Shown: piece by piece, positions 12,691 through 25,660 of the stretch
How the letters are laid out: each line of letters begins with the position of its first letter
How positions within the stretch are numbered: position 1 is the stretch's first letter
Assembly: GCA_013265495.1 (NCBI GenBank)
Contig: MU058687.1
Coordinates: 3,846,001-3,910,000, forward strand
Direction of reading: 5' to 3'
DNA length: 64,000 nt
Source of the DNA: Vicugna vicugna
Taxonomy: Eukaryota
Program-made: the position numbers and the translations under genes
Notes under the pieces: model-generated
Database searches by the model: none
What the model was told of the DNA's origin: nothing
Seen by the model: only the letters and a program-made list of their open reading frames with translations

Positions 12691-13929
12691 TGAGGTAATA
12701 AGGTAGGTGAAATTTAGTGAAATATTTAGGCCCTGAGTTCCTCAACCCCTCCCGTTTATAAGATAGGCATGGGTTGGTATTTCTAGGAATATTTATGGAA
12801 AAGAACTAGGTCCTTTTGCCTCCAGCTACCATGTGTCTGAAGTCACCCTTTCCCATTTTATCAACAAGTACACATCAGCCAGGGTGCTTGTTTCTGCAGG
12901 GAAGACCATCCCCGGGTCTTCTCATGTCTTGAGGGAGATGGTATCCCCTCCTCTGAGGTCTCATTTCACCATCCTCATTTAGCCAGCCTCCGGGAAACCT
13001 GATCTAAGCCTGTGTAATGCTTAACAGCCTGGCAGGGAGGAGAGGCAATTTACTTACCCAATTGAATTACCTGTTTATGCTTCTGATCTCCCAAGCATAT
13101 TCAGAACAAGAAGGTAATAGAGGCAATTGTTAACACTGTATGGGACTAGGGAGTCCGCATGCCACAGAACTTTAGCACATGAAAACCCTTTCTTTTTGAT
13201 GGGGAATCTCTTTCTCCATCTGAACTGCCTTCCTCCCCTCATTTGCCTTGCAACAAATTTTCTTTTACAGTATCTTTGCCCAGGGTTCTTTCCCTCTGAA
13301 AGCAGAAACACCTAACTGACAGCTTACAACTCTCCACTGGTCCGATGGCAGCCTAGGGACGGAAGAACAAGCCTGTCCTGCTGGTGCCTCTGAGGAGCTG
13401 GTTTTAGGATGCTGCAAGACAACCATCAGAAAATTCTCATGAGTGTGACAGTTCTCAAGACAGGAAGAGTTCCTAGTGGGTCTCCACTTCTGCATGCTAG
13501 AGGAGTGAAGAATCACCTTAAGCCAAAGTCATAAGTTGGGTTGAAGGTGGAGGTTTCTGGTAGAGTGGGATGAGGCTTCCATCTCAGTCTGAGAGCTGTT
13601 CCTAAAAGGTTGTCCCAACTGACTTGTTTGTTTCTCAGCTATTAATAGAAACTATCCCAGTGAGGATCTGCTGAGAATCAAAGAGTCTCTCCCACAATGC
13701 CCTACTTCAGGGCTTGAAATTCCATTATTAGAGACCCATTCTTGACACCATGGGAAACATACATACACGAATCTCTTTAAAGGACCCCTGCCAAGGACCA
13801 TTCAGTAAATACTTTTGGAGCTGGACATTGGGCTGATTGCCATAAATATGCAGAAAAGTAAATCATAGCGTCTACCACCCAGGAATATACAATCTGGATG
13901 GTAATGTCCATCCTAAGGATAATGAGAAC

Positions 13930-14105
13930 AGGAGCTACATAGATGGTGCTTACTCTACACCAGGTGCCATTCTGTGTGCTCTGCATGATTAAGGTGTTGC
14001 ATTGTCACAACTCTGTGAGACTCTTAGCCCTATTTAACAAGCAAGGAAACCGGGACACCAGGTCATTAAGTGCCTTGCCTAAAATCACAGAGCTAACAGG
14101 TCAAG
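13930..14105 (-). mobile_element. MIR SINE
   Basis: tcacaactctgtgaga...ggaaaccggga...ttaagtgccttgcctaaaatcacagagcta. Confidence 0.7.
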
Positions 14106-15859
14106 ACACCATGAGAGCAGAGAGAGAAGTGTGGTCAGGGATGACCTGATCATCTATGCTGTTTGTAGACTCACCCTCTCCTGAAATGAGCCTTTGCCCT
14201 TCCTTTGATTTGAACATTGTCCTCTCCCTGTTATCAAATTCAGCTATTCCTGCAAAGGGACAAAAGTCCTGTGACTCCTTGGTTTTATATTTACCATTCA
14301 AACATTTGGCACCTGAGGTGGGAGAAGGCAGAGCCTAAGGAGGCAGAGGGTATTTGGGATTATTTGAGCTTGCTGCTTCTTCTTCTTCTTTTTATTTTTG
14401 TAGCAAACCGACTTTATAATTCAAATATTCTACAATAGATAATTATTTGAAATTATATGTGAATGTAAATTTGTTAAGTTTAAAAAAGCATGTTTTTCAA
14501 ATGACAAAATTTTACAATTTTGATGAGAAATACCACAAAATAGCACTCACGTTAAGTTTAAATATCAGTGTCACCGTTGAGCTTGCTTCCTGATTTTCCC
14601 AGAGCCAGTTCTGGTCGTGAGGCTGAAAGGCGATAGATGAAGTGGCACACAGAGGAGGGAGACTGTTGGGCAGGGGGACCTCAGTTTCTACTGTTTCGAC
14701 CAGATGCTGTGTCCTGGAGACCTTTTTCACTGATGATACTCTATCAGGACTACCTTGTCTGTAAGTGACTGGGCCAACCTGAAGGGCTACCACAGAGAAT
14801 TTTAGTGGCGCCAGTAAGGGAGAGAGTCTAAGCGTTGTTCTGGATGGAGGCACAGCTTGATGCACAGCCTCGTGCAACTTTGCCAAGCTTTGTGTTCTCA
14901 TCTCTCAGCTTCGTTCTGTTATCTTTTTGCCTTATGATCACAGGATTAATGCCGCAGGTCCAAACCTCACTCTGCTTAGCTTCTATCTGGTGGTTGGGGT
15001 GAGTGATATTAGAGCTTCTTTCCTGAATAATCAGAAAAAGAATCTGCTTTTCTTGACCCTACAAAGTTGCCTGCTACTTCCTGGAACAATCACTGTGCCC
15101 AGGAAAGAAGTTACACTGATTATCTTAGGTAAGTTGGTGTAAGGATGGATTGAGAGAGGGTAACCTGTAGCTCCTCAAGGAAATTCCATTTACCCTGGAG
15201 AAAGGTGATGACATCCTTCACTGGAAACTTCTCAAGTGATGACTTACATCTTAGCTCCTTCAGACAGTGTTTTGTCTCCAGGGACGACAGCATCTACAAG
15301 ACTCACACCTCTTACTGCTCTTCTTACCGATCAGTGTGTGAGCTGTAGTCTCAGCAGTTCACCGCAGTGGCTCAGTGGCATGGAGAATAGGAACAAATGG
15401 CCAAAGAGACTGTAACACAGAAACTGGCTTTTTCAATGGCCCTGTTAATTCCTTCACTCCTGAGTCAGGGCTCTTATTTAGATCAGAGGGACCCAGAACA
15501 TCTTTGGTCCTACAGATGGTGTCGGTTGGGTTTACATATGGGAAGATACATGAGTGGGAGCAGCTAATGTCAGGAGGGCTGCATTGGAACACTGGATTCA
15601 AGTCAAGAGAAAAGTCTTGAGGTTTCAGTTGATGAAGAGAAACCTCCTTGATGGAAAGATGTGAATTTCTGGTGGCCTCTCTGTAAGGACGAAGAAAGAG
15701 GCCTCATTTGGAGATGATTATAATTCCACTAGACACAGTCTTGAGGTGTATTATACAGGGGCTACTAGAAGGGGAGTCAGGGTCTCCTGCCATGGGTACT
15801 ACTTGTCTGTGGCTTCCTTCCCTTGGCCCTGGGAAAGGAACTTGGTAGGGAAAGCTTAC

Positions 15860-16015
15860 ACTATCTACCTATATGACTTTGGATAGTTCACTTAATCTTG
15901 TCGAGTCCAGATTTCCTAATTTGTAAATGGGGATAATATAAAGAGCTACTTCATGAAGAAATTGTGAAAATTAAATGAAGTAATATTAGGTAAAAATTAG
16001 CTATAAGCTTGGCCC
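15860..16015 (+). mobile_element. MIR SINE
   Basis: tgactttgga...tcacttaatct...tttcctaatttgtaaatggggataata...tgtgaaaattaaatga. Confidence 0.8.
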
Positions 16016-16269
16016 ACAGTTGAAAAGTTAATATCAGTTTCAGCTTTTTCCTCCTTGTCATTAAGCTTTAGTCTAGAGACTCAACAAGTTGCAAGTTTTT
16101 CTCTCAACTCAACACATGACTTCATGACACTAAGCATGTTGATAATGAATGACTGAAATTAACTTGTTATGAATGATTCTTTCTCTCTCTTCTCTTCTTG
16201 GATTTCATATTTTTTTGCACAGTTGTACCAGACCACAGAAAAATGGAGATGTTCTGGTTAAGTGGACCC

Positions 16270-16460
16270 CTCCCTTCCTGCAGCGCAGTCATTGGATCAG
16301 AGCCACTTGTGTTGGAATCCCTGCTCTGCCCCTGACTGGCTGTATCATCTTTGGAAGTAAATTAAATCTCTCACCTCATGACCTTGATCAGTAAAATGAA
16401 GATAATAATACTTGTCTGCAAAGTTACTGTGAGGCTTTGAGACAATTCATGGGAAGCCTG
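16270..16460 (+). mobile_element. MIR SINE
   Basis: aatccctgctctgcccctgactggctgt...gtaaaatgaagataataatac. Confidence 0.7.
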
Positions 16461-16989
16461 GCCCTGTTATGATCTGTACATCGTTAGTGCCCATCCTGTA
16501 GGATTTTACAATTCAAAATGTCAAGGCATGGTAGTCCCCAGAAGCGTACAGGCCTAGAGCACCTCATCTGATGTTGGGGGTGCCCCTAAATTGGCTATAC
16601 ATATACATGTATATAATATCAAGGTCCACCAGAGCAGTTGCTCCAAGCATGGGGCCAGGAAGCCTGCTAGGTTTTTTTTTTTTCTCAGGGATGACCCCTA
16701 CGATTACCACTTTGGATGAGAGGTTGGATTTCATGGACCTCAAATGTCCTTTTCCAACTCTGAGATTCTGTGTGCCTACGATTTTGCTTCCATTTAGGAA
16801 ACAACCCTTATAATTGCTAGTGGTATGGCATGAAGGAAGTTACTTAATCCCTCTATTCCTCAATTTCTTAATTTTCGAGTAGGGCTAAACTAATCCACAC
16901 ATGCCAGGATGGTCATGAAATAATGGAAAAGATACGTAGTTGCTGAGCACAGTGTAGAAGGGTATCAGTACTGCTCACAGATGGCCAGT

Positions 16990-17290
16990 TCTCATTTGGG
17001 TCGTAGTAGGGTGACACTTCCTAGATCGCTTGTTGTAGGGTGGTGCCATGTGACTAAACCCAGCCGATGAGTTATGGGTCAAAATGAAGCCTGTATCTTC
17101 TCGATCAGAGCATTTAATTGCTGCTGTGTGACTTTTGGCACAGTCACCTTAACATTTGGGATGCTGGCTATTCAGTATGCCTGACCTCCCTACCCTTGGC
17201 CAATGTAGTGTGAGGGAGAATACCTTTTGGGGTGTTGAGACACTGAGATTTTGGAGGTGTTTTTGCATCTGAATAACCTAGCCTATGTGG
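16990..17290 (+). mobile_element. Old MaLR LTR fragment (MLT1I/J-like)
   Basis: acttcctag...gtgccatgtgactaa...agagcatttaattgc...gagacactgagattttggagg...aacctagccta. Confidence 0.6.
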
Positions 17291-17299
17291 CCCAAGACA

Positions 17300-17490
17300 A
17301 AGGTGGGCATTTGCTATGTGCCAGACATGTGTTAGTTCATACTTTATAATGATACCCTAGAAAGATGTGTCATTATTATCCTTGGATTTACATGGGAAAG
17401 CTAAGCAGACATGTTAAGTAACTTTCCCAAGGTCGTGAGGGTTTAAACCCACATCGTCTGACTTGAGAGCTTGTGCTCTTAATCACCGTT
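17300..17490 (-). mobile_element. MIR SINE
   Basis: ctatgtgccagac...attattatcc...gttaagtaactttcccaaggtc. Confidence 0.75.
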
Positions 17491-17841
17491 CTGCAGACTC
17501 CATAGACCAGGCCTGTGGTTTCCTGGTATGATCAGCCAGCATTAATTCTGCCTTCCCTTTCTCTTGAACTGTATCCCCTGTAGTTTCATTTGGAAATGAT
17601 CTCCTCTGTTGGCTGTTACTCTTCAGAGTGCTGGTGAGGCTGGGAAGTCAGCAGCATGGCCTGCTGTGGTTCTCTGACTCTCAAGTTGTCACAGGAAGTC
17701 TCTCATTTTCTTTACTTTGCTTGACCACTTTTAGTTTTTAACCTAATATTTAAACCAAAATCTTTGATATGGGGACAGGAAACCTCTTAAGAGATGAAAG
17801 GCATTTTCCCCCCTCTCTTTGCTTGAAGGCATCAAAGTGAT

Positions 17842-18288
17842 TATCTTGAGTCAGGCTTCCTAGAATCAGAGCCTGAGATGGGGGTTCCTGTGTCTGTGAT
17901 TTATTGAGGGAGTGCTCCTGGGAGAAACCTGTAAAGAAATGAGGGAGGCAGGGTGCGGCAGGGAAAGAAGCCAAGCAAAGATGTTATATAGCTGCAGCCT
18001 GGTCTCAGCCTGACCCATGGGGGAGCTGTGGTGTACGATTTGTACCACAGAGCTTGTTCTGCATTGAAAACAAGGGGACTGAGCTTTTATTCCCCTGAAT
18101 CAGTGGTCATTGGCCTTGGATGTAACCTCCCTGGCATCTCCAGATGAGGTGGTTCCCATAGGCTAAAGACAATCCTCCAAGAAGAATGCAGGGGTGAGCT
18201 AGTTACAGCCAACCCCTGCAGCAGGCGGGGGATGGGAGCACCTGCCAGATAAAAGGATCTGGAAGATGCACCAGTAGCACCTACTGCA
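17842..18288 (-). mobile_element. ERVL solo LTR (LTR16 family)
   Basis: gagtcaggcttcctagaatcagagcctgagatggggg...gatttattgagggagtgctcctgggagaaacc...gcacctactgca. Confidence 0.75.
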
Positions 18289-18676
18289 GTGTTTGAGGTC
18301 AGTGGCTTATCCTTTTGGGATGTGTGCCTTTTCTGGAGGTGATGGTGTCAAGCTAAGGGGAGGCAGCAAATTGTGTAAGGCAGTAGTAGAATGTGATCGC
18401 ACCGAGGCCTCAGTACATGCTTTTTGTTGACATCCAAGAATTGTGTGTGTGATTGTGAGGGCATGGTGAGCAAAAAGCTCTGTCCTGACCTTTGGACCTG
18501 GATCTGATACATGTTTTCTGGTCACCTGGAAAAGTTTTCTCTTCACTTTCTACCTTTTTAAATGGGCAAGTTGGCTGCCGAAAATGTTTTGACAATTCTT
18601 GGTGTATTTTCCTTCCTAGTAAAATAGGCAGCTTCAACCTGATAGGCCCCAAATCAGCAACAGCCTGATAATATTA

Positions 18677-18707
18677 ACACCAACACCAACACCAACACCA
18701 ACACCAA
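18677..18707 (+). repeat. (ACACCA)5 hexanucleotide repeat
   Basis: Read directly; lies at the tail of a minus-strand MIR (~18710-18870). Confidence 0.9.
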
Positions 18708-19192
18708 TGCAATTTAGTAAGTGCCTGCCATGTGCCTGAGGCTTTGGTTGTAATATTATTTTATCTAATCCTCCCCATGACCCTGCAAGAAAAGGAATAA
18801 TAGGGTCCATTTTATGACCCAGAACAATAAATATCAGGGAAGATCAGTAATTTGTCTGAGGACATGCTATTGAAACCATTTGCATGTAAGTAATAAAGGA
18901 AACAAATCATAGCATCCAAGAATGGAAGATTAAGGAGAAAACGATGAAAAACCACATACTCACCAAAGAGTAGAAAATACAGTGTGTAACGGGGAAGTCC
19001 TGCTCTTTGGATTAATGTGAACATCTTGCCATGCTGAGTGTGCAGGAGGAGAGCACGGCGAGGCTGATAGGCTGGAGACGGGATTTAGTTCCAGTGCTGT
19101 TTGACTCTAAAGCTGAAACAGCTTACTTTTCCAGCTGTTCCCATAAACATGTGATTTTAAGGTGTCTGCCCACTTAGTTCTCAAGCATGCAT

Positions 19193-19395
19193 TCCAGTGT
19201 AGAAGAGTGGTTAAGCACCCAGGCCTTAGAGACGGACGGACTTGAGTGCTGGCTCTGTGACTTGGGGCAAGTTACTTAACCTCCCTAAGCCTCAGTTTCC
19301 CATTTGTCACATGGGGTAATAGTGCTTAGTTTGTATAATTCTCATGTGGATTAAATGACATCATGTGTGTAAAATGCCCATCATGCAAAAAGCAC
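19193..19395 (+). mobile_element. MIR SINE
   Basis: gtggttaagcacc...ttggggcaagttacttaacctccctaagcctcagtttcccatttg. Confidence 0.9.
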
Positions 19396-19454
19396 CTATT
19401 CTCTACCAGTTATAATATATCCATGAAGAGCTTTCAGTTTTGTTGGGGAGAAAA

Positions 19455-19968
19455 GATAGTTTCAGTCTGTGGTGTTTAATAATAAACTACGGCAAAAATC
19501 AGTGTCTTTGAACAATGATAATGTATTATTTCTCATAGTTTTGTAGGTGGACCGGGTGAACAAACCAGTTATGTTGCACGTAATGGCAGCCTAGTCTCTC
19601 ATGTGGTTGCATTTAGCTGGGAGCTTAGCAGAGCTCCAAGAAGGGATGTCCAGGAAGGCAGTGGTCCTCCTTCACATGCTTCTTATCAGTAGTCCAGATC
19701 AAGCTTCTTATATGGCAACTGGACTCCAAAAGCCCCCAAACTGAAGCTGCCTTTTTAATCCTCAGGCCTAGAGTTGGCACACTGTCACTTCTACAGATAA
19801 AGCAAATTACATGGCCAGACCAGCTTCAAAGGGATAAGAGTCAGACTCTGAGTCTCAGTGGACAGAGTGGCATGTGTGTATTGGAAGGGGAGGAATTATT
19901 GGCAGCTGTATTAGGGTTCTCCAGAGAAACAAAACCAATAAGATATATATACGTGTGTGTATGTGTAC

Positions 19969-20020
<52 letters not shown>

Positions 20021-20485
20021 GGCTCATGTGGTTATAAAAACTGAGAAGTCCCACAATCTGCCATTTACAAGGTGGAAAACCAGGAAACCTGGTGGTGTAA
20101 TTCAGTCTAAGTCTGAAACCCTGAAAATTGGGGGATGGGATGGGGTAAGGCTGATGGTGTATGTCCTGATCTGAGTCTGAAAACCCTAGAACCAATGTCC
20201 AAGAGCAGAAGAAGATGGAGGTCTCAGCTCAAGCAGAGAGAGTAGATTTGCCCTTCCACCGTCTTTTTGTTGTATCCAGGCCCTCAGTGGACTGGATGAA
20301 GCCCTCCCACATTGGTGAGGGCTGTTCTCTTTACTCAGTTTACTGAATCAAATGTTAATTCTCTTCTGGAAATACCCTCAGAGACACACCTAAAAGTAAT
20401 GTTTTACCAGCTGTCTGGGCATCCCTTAGACCAGTTGACATATAAAATTAACCATCATGGCAGCCATATTTGGAGACTATCTCTC
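19455..20485 (-). mobile_element. Old MaLR LTR (MLT1H/J-like), split by an MLT2 insertion
   Basis: ttatttctcatagttttgtagg...cactgtcacttc...cacatggccag...ggcagc [MLT2] gcagccatatttggagactatct. Confidence 0.7.
19907..20459 (-). mobile_element. ERVL solo LTR (MLT2B-like) with internal (AT)n(AG)n microsatellite
   Basis: tgtattagggttctccagagaaacaaaaccaata...ttgacatataaaattaaccatca; TSD gcagc at 19902-19906 and 20460-20464; microsatellite ~19969-20017. Confidence 0.92.
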
Positions 20486-20739
20486 TAGACCTTACTGTCT
20501 GACAGAGTGCTGTGTTTAGGCTACAGATATTTACCATGAAGGCTGACACCCTGTGGAGTGGGTTAGTGTTTTTAGAGATGATGTCACAGAGGACCTGGGG
20601 CTTCAGTTGGACCCTGAATGAAGGATGAGAAATTGCTATGGTGGGAAAAGAAGAGGGTCTATCTACTGTTTTGCTTTTTCACCCATGACAACCAGGACAA
20701 ACTCAGTATAAGTTTGGGAGGGAAGATGGGGACCCTGAC

Positions 20740-21010
20740 TTTAACTGTCAGATTGATCTAGAGTTGTCAAATGGGATAATTTAACCCTCAAACAAGGGTG
20801 ATTTATCCCGTGTATTGTAATCAGATAGTCGTCTAAGTAGTTCCCAGGAGCTCTGGTAAATCACTTTTAGTACATATTGAAAGTGACAATATTGTATTTT
20901 ATCACCGAATTACCATCTTACAGTAATAACTAATGCAAGGCATCGGCTTTGGCTCCAGTGCTGAATTACACCCACTTGGAGGCACATAGATCCAGATGCG
21001 AGCTGTCACT
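20740..21010. promoter_or_regulatory. Candidate conserved enhancer with a Pbx-Hox and Meis/TALE motif cluster
   Basis: TGATTTAT 20799-20806; GTAAATCA (TGATTTAC on minus) 20856-20863; CTGTCA 20745 and 21003; TTGTCA 20764; TGACAA 20884; non-repeat AT-rich DNA. Confidence 0.45.
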
Positions 21011-21259
21011 TCCGTCTGCTTGCCTGTGGCCAGGACCAAGAGTCTGGTAGGGAAATTGTACTATTGCAGCCTTTGCAAATTAGCCTGGTTCAGAGATGCC
21101 TGCGGTCTTGTGAAGTGTGGAACTTTTCTTCAGTGGAGTTTGGGTCAGTATGAACTAGGATGGGCCTAGTGATTCTAGTAAATGAGCGAAGAGTGCTTTG
21201 ATGACTAAAGGCAAGGATCTTATTTAAACAAGAAAAAAAGGACTGGTCAGGAATCAGGC

Positions 21260-21900
21260 TCAAATGATCTCTTGCCTGGGCTCCAGCTGCAGCCTTGTAA
21301 CTGGTCTTACTATCAGTCCCCTCAAAACCATCTTGTGCAGCAGCCCCCACAGTGATCTTCTTGAGATGCAGAGACAACCATGGCAGCCCCTTGCTTGAAG
21401 CCATTGCAGCCTACCATTGCCTGGGGTGTTGTCCACGTTCCTCAGCCTATAGGGCACTCCGTGGTCTGGCTCCTGCCTGCCCGTCCAGACTCAGCTTGCA
21501 CCGCTCCCCGTCTTGAACTTTCTGCTCTGCCCACACGCACCAGGCTCTCCTTCTCTGCACTGTTGTTCATCTCCTTTTCTCTTCCTGGAGCGTGCTCTCC
21601 AAGCTGCCCACACTGCCCTCCTTGGCCTGACCAACTCCCTCGGTCCAGGAAGATGCACTGCAAACAGCTCCTCCTGGAAGCGTTCGCAAATGCGCTCAGG
21701 CTGCCGGGCATCTCACTCCTCTCATGGTTTCACTGTCACATTGCATTGTCCTTATTTATTTATGCCTCTAGCTCTACCACTAGGCCAACTGTGAGCTCCT
21801 TGAAGCCAGGAACTCATTTTAATAATGTTGGCATCCCAACCAACCAGCACAGGACTGATTGGCCCAGAGGAGAGGCTCAATAAATGTCTGTGAAAATGAA
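21260..21900 (+). mobile_element. L2 3' region
   Basis: cttgcctgggc...cacagtgatcttcttgagatgca...actgtgagctccttgaagccagga...gctcaataaatgtctgtgaaaatgaa (L2 terminus). Confidence 0.85.
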
Positions 21901-22689
21901 TTTGTTAAAAAAAAAAAAAACTCTTGGATTGTCACAGTAACACATGTGCAACAGAGACTTAGAATTTCCACCCTGAATCTGAGTTTCCTGTTAGCTAAGG
22001 GGTTTCCTGCTTTGATGTTACATATCTGGATTGGAATCAGTGTGAGTATTCACTGCAAAGGTGAAATTTTTATGGCTCTGGTACGAAAGTCTGGACAAGG
22101 GCACAGAAATACATTCGTCTGGAAGGGCTTGGAGGTATTTGTACGACACTGATACATTTGGGTTCTGCTGTGTTTCTGGAGGCCTTCATGTGTTAGAAAT
22201 AATGTTGTATTCTAACATTATTAGAATACAATGAAATGAATCATTCATGTTGATGCATTTGGGCTACCAGATCTCATAGAGGGTCCCAAACCATTTGCCT
22301 TCAGTTCCCTGTTCCACACCCTTCCTTTAGAAATGAGGAGTCTGAGAGTAGTTTCTGGAGGTGGTAGAAGGGTGACCGCATCCTCACAGTTCTAGCCCAA
22401 GTGCACGTGCTCCTTGGAGAGATGTGGAAGGTCCCTGAGCTTAGGAACTGGATCTCCCCTTTTCGTACTGAAACCTGTAGGCAGGTGGGGCAAGAAACTC
22501 CACGCAGGCTTGGAGACAGATGTCAGCATATACCTTGCAAGGAAGTAAGGCAAGTGCGGGAGGAACAAGAAGGTAAAGGGCTTCAGAGAAAAGCCTTTTC
22601 CTACAACTTTTATTCCAGGTGCACACCTTAAGAAAGTCTTTCTGGTAGTAATGATAATAGTATGATTAATAACAATAATAATGGTGTTT

Positions 22690-22905
22690 TATATATTTTG
22701 AAAGTTTTCTACATGCTAGGCACCATGCCAAGCTTTTTACTTGGCCTACTTGATTTCAACTCAGAACTTTATGAGAAAGATAAATTTGATTTCTATGTTG
22801 TGGATGAAGCACAGAGAGACAAAGAAACTTGCCCCAGGTTGCACAGCTAATGAATGGAGGAGCTGGGATTTGAACCCAGGCAGTGCAACGGAGCACTATG
22901 ATCCT
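22690..22905 (-). mobile_element. MIR SINE
   Basis: acttgccccaggttgcacagctaatgaatggaggagctgggatttgaacccaggcagt. Confidence 0.85.
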
Positions 22906-22979
22906 AACCTTGGCACCGTATTACTTTCCAAGTAATAATTAATAATGATAGTAATAGTAATAATGGTAACAAGTGCAGC

Positions 22980-23190
22980 TGACGTTTATTGGGTGCTAGC
23001 TCTGTGCTGGACCATTGCCAAACTCTTTACACGGAGTCTCGTCTACTCTTACCACAAGCTTTGGGGGAGGTTTTTATTTTTGTCCTCATTTCAGAGATGG
23101 ATGGCTGGGACTTAGAGATCCAGTCACATGTCCGAGGTCACACAGCTAGTTCACAAAGGATCTGGATGCATTCTCGGGCTCTAGCTATCT
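22980..23190 (-). mobile_element. MIR SINE
   Basis: tttattgggtgctagctctgtgctgg...ctcatttcagagatg...ccgaggtcacacagctagt. Confidence 0.8.
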
Positions 23191-24869
23191 CCTGAGACTC
23201 CAGTCCCACTTTTTATTTTGGTTTAGGAAGTGTTCTCTTTCCATCAATCCAGCTCTCCCTTTCAGCAGCCAGTTCTTATCTTCTTTCTGAGGATGGGACA
23301 CAAAGAGAATTTTCTTCTTTGAAGGCAAAGGCTCTCTGGCAATGAAGACTGGTAGATTCCGCTGGGAGGTGTGGGCTCCAAAAACAGTAGTGGTAAAGCA
23401 CAATGAAGAAGCGGAGAGTGCATCAGGGGGAACAGTTCTAGAGACTGGTGAACGGGAACCTGCTTCATCCCACTGTATTGAAGCCAGAACACTATCACAA
23501 CAGTGAACTGCATTGGGGTCTGCATTGGTGACCAAGGGAAACTGACCCACTGTAGGCTTTTAGTACCGTTGGTAGCGAGGACTTCACTTGGGTGTGGTGT
23601 GTGTGTTTCTGTATTTGTCTATTTGTGTATATATATATATGTATGTAGGTAGGTAGTTAGTATATATGTACACACATGAATTCCTGACTACCAGTGGTAC
23701 CTACACACAGTTTTGGGGCATAGGATGGGTACCTGTTATGTGCAGAGCATTCAACTTACTCATTTGGGCAGGGGAGATTTAAGAAGAAAAGATTAAATGG
23801 AGCCATTTCCCCTAAGCTGCCCTGGAGTCTAAGCAGAGAGGTAAGGCAGATATGTATAGGGACAGTATTTTCAGAGATTAGCTTGATTATTGGAGCTGCA
23901 AATTTTTTGAAATTATAAAACCCATAAATATTTCTTTTAAATCACAAAACCTTTATGAAGCAGTTAAGTTCTCATAATCTTTGTACAGGAAAGGTAATAG
24001 AGCAAAGTTTGTATCAGTTTGCAACTAGCAGTTAGTGTCTCTACATGTGAGTGTCAGGCTTTTGAAATATTATTATTAATAAAGTTAAGAGGACATTATG
24101 GGGAGGGATGAGATGAGATTTATCTATTCTTGTCATTATGTCTTTATCTGGGTCACCATGGAACTAATGTGATCATTTTCCACCTCCAGGTAAAACACTT
24201 ACACTGCTCGCCTCCTTGTGCTGACATCTGTTGCACTTGGAAACAAATGTGCAGCTTCAGGGTAAAGTTGGAGGAAAAATATGTAGGCAGAGGAAAAGCT
24301 AGGAACTAGATTAAGAAAGGAGATTCTCACCTGAAAACTATGCATTCTGAGATCACACATAAGGTCCACCTCATTTTAAGGAATGCCCCGTGGATCCAAA
24401 AAATGCTAGTTGTAACTTCCTGGCCTGGTGAGCAGAGCATTGATGGCCTAAGGGCCAAGGGGCCCCAGACCAGGGTTTCAGCTTTCATGTGACCTGGTGA
24501 CCCCGACTTTGGTCCACTGCTGTCTGAAGAACCCCTAGATCTCGGCTTGGGACCTTCCCAAATGAGTTCTCCAAAGTGGATCCTGGTGATGAAGAGTGGG
24601 GCATCAGGAGAAAGCACTCTTCACCCCCGTGGAGCAAGGACTCACCGTGTGTGGCTGCTGATGCAAGCGGAGAGGGGAGCACAGTGTTGGGACCCAGCTC
24701 ACCCGCCTTTAGACGTTTTCCTTAGGAAATATGATCACGTTTTAGATGCTAGAGAGTTATCACTTCATCTTTCAGAATGGTGACTGGTTAAAAACGTCCT
24801 AATGGCCCAAACAAGAATGACATACGTAGTTAAATTACATTGTCTGGTACTTGGAATATTAGGAATATT

Positions 24870-25150
24870 TTTCAGGCATTGAAAACTGTGTTTTTGAAGA
24901 GTATTTGATAACATGGATCTAGTTAAATAGATAAATATAGATATAAATGTATTTAAGGGGGACAATGCAGAGTATTTCTTTCTATAAACTTTTTGTAAAG
25001 TATCTATATCCATCAATAGAAAAAATTCTCTAAAGAAGCATACATTTTTCAGTGATTGCCTCTGGGTACCAGAGGATTTTAATTTTCTTATTTGAACCTA
25101 TCTGGCCAAGTTATTTTCTACAATCACATGTTACCTTTCCAACCATAAAG
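24870..25150 (+). mobile_element. Old L1 (L1ME-like) 3' fragment
   Basis: cagtgattgcctctggg...ttttctacaatcacatgttacctttc pattern of L1ME 3'UTR. Confidence 0.5.
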
Positions 25151-25429
25151 TAGCACCAAATACGAGATGTTTCTCTGTGGCACGTTAATCCCATGCAGAA
25201 CTGCAGTGGGGGCAGGACAGAGGGATTTGGTCCTGCATTTGTTAGTTGGCTCACGGAGGATGAGCCAGAACTTCCCCAGGGTAAGCAAGAGGCCCTGCCT
25301 CACGGGTCATGGAGGATGGGAGGAGAGACTCGTGCAGTCTGACGTGAAGGCGGGTCTGTAGCCAAGGTGGTTGCTCTCCCTGCGCTCCTCCCTTCTCCCC
25401 AGCATTGCCTCTTTTCATCCTTCCGGGCT

Positions 25430-25660
25430 TGACTCGACTGGTGCTTTCCCAAGTAACTTTCCCTGGACTCCGGGTCCCAGTTCCCTTGTTGAATGTCTTT
25501 GTAGCACTTTGGAGCGCTTACCATTACTGCAATTGTATTCCCATTCTTGAGGTTATTAGATGAATGTGCAGTACCTCCTCTGTATTATGTTTTATCACTT
25601 TCGACTGTCCCTCATTACTGGCACATAGTGGTCTCCCACAAATGTTTGTTAGATGAATAA
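25430..25660 (+). mobile_element. L2 3' end
   Basis: ctggcacatagtggtctcccacaaatgtttgttagatgaataaat. Confidence 0.7.

Noticed and set aside
21380..21883. Longest ORF in the window (167 aa)
   Set aside because: It lies within a decayed L2, has no recognisable domain and shows no convincing exon structure.
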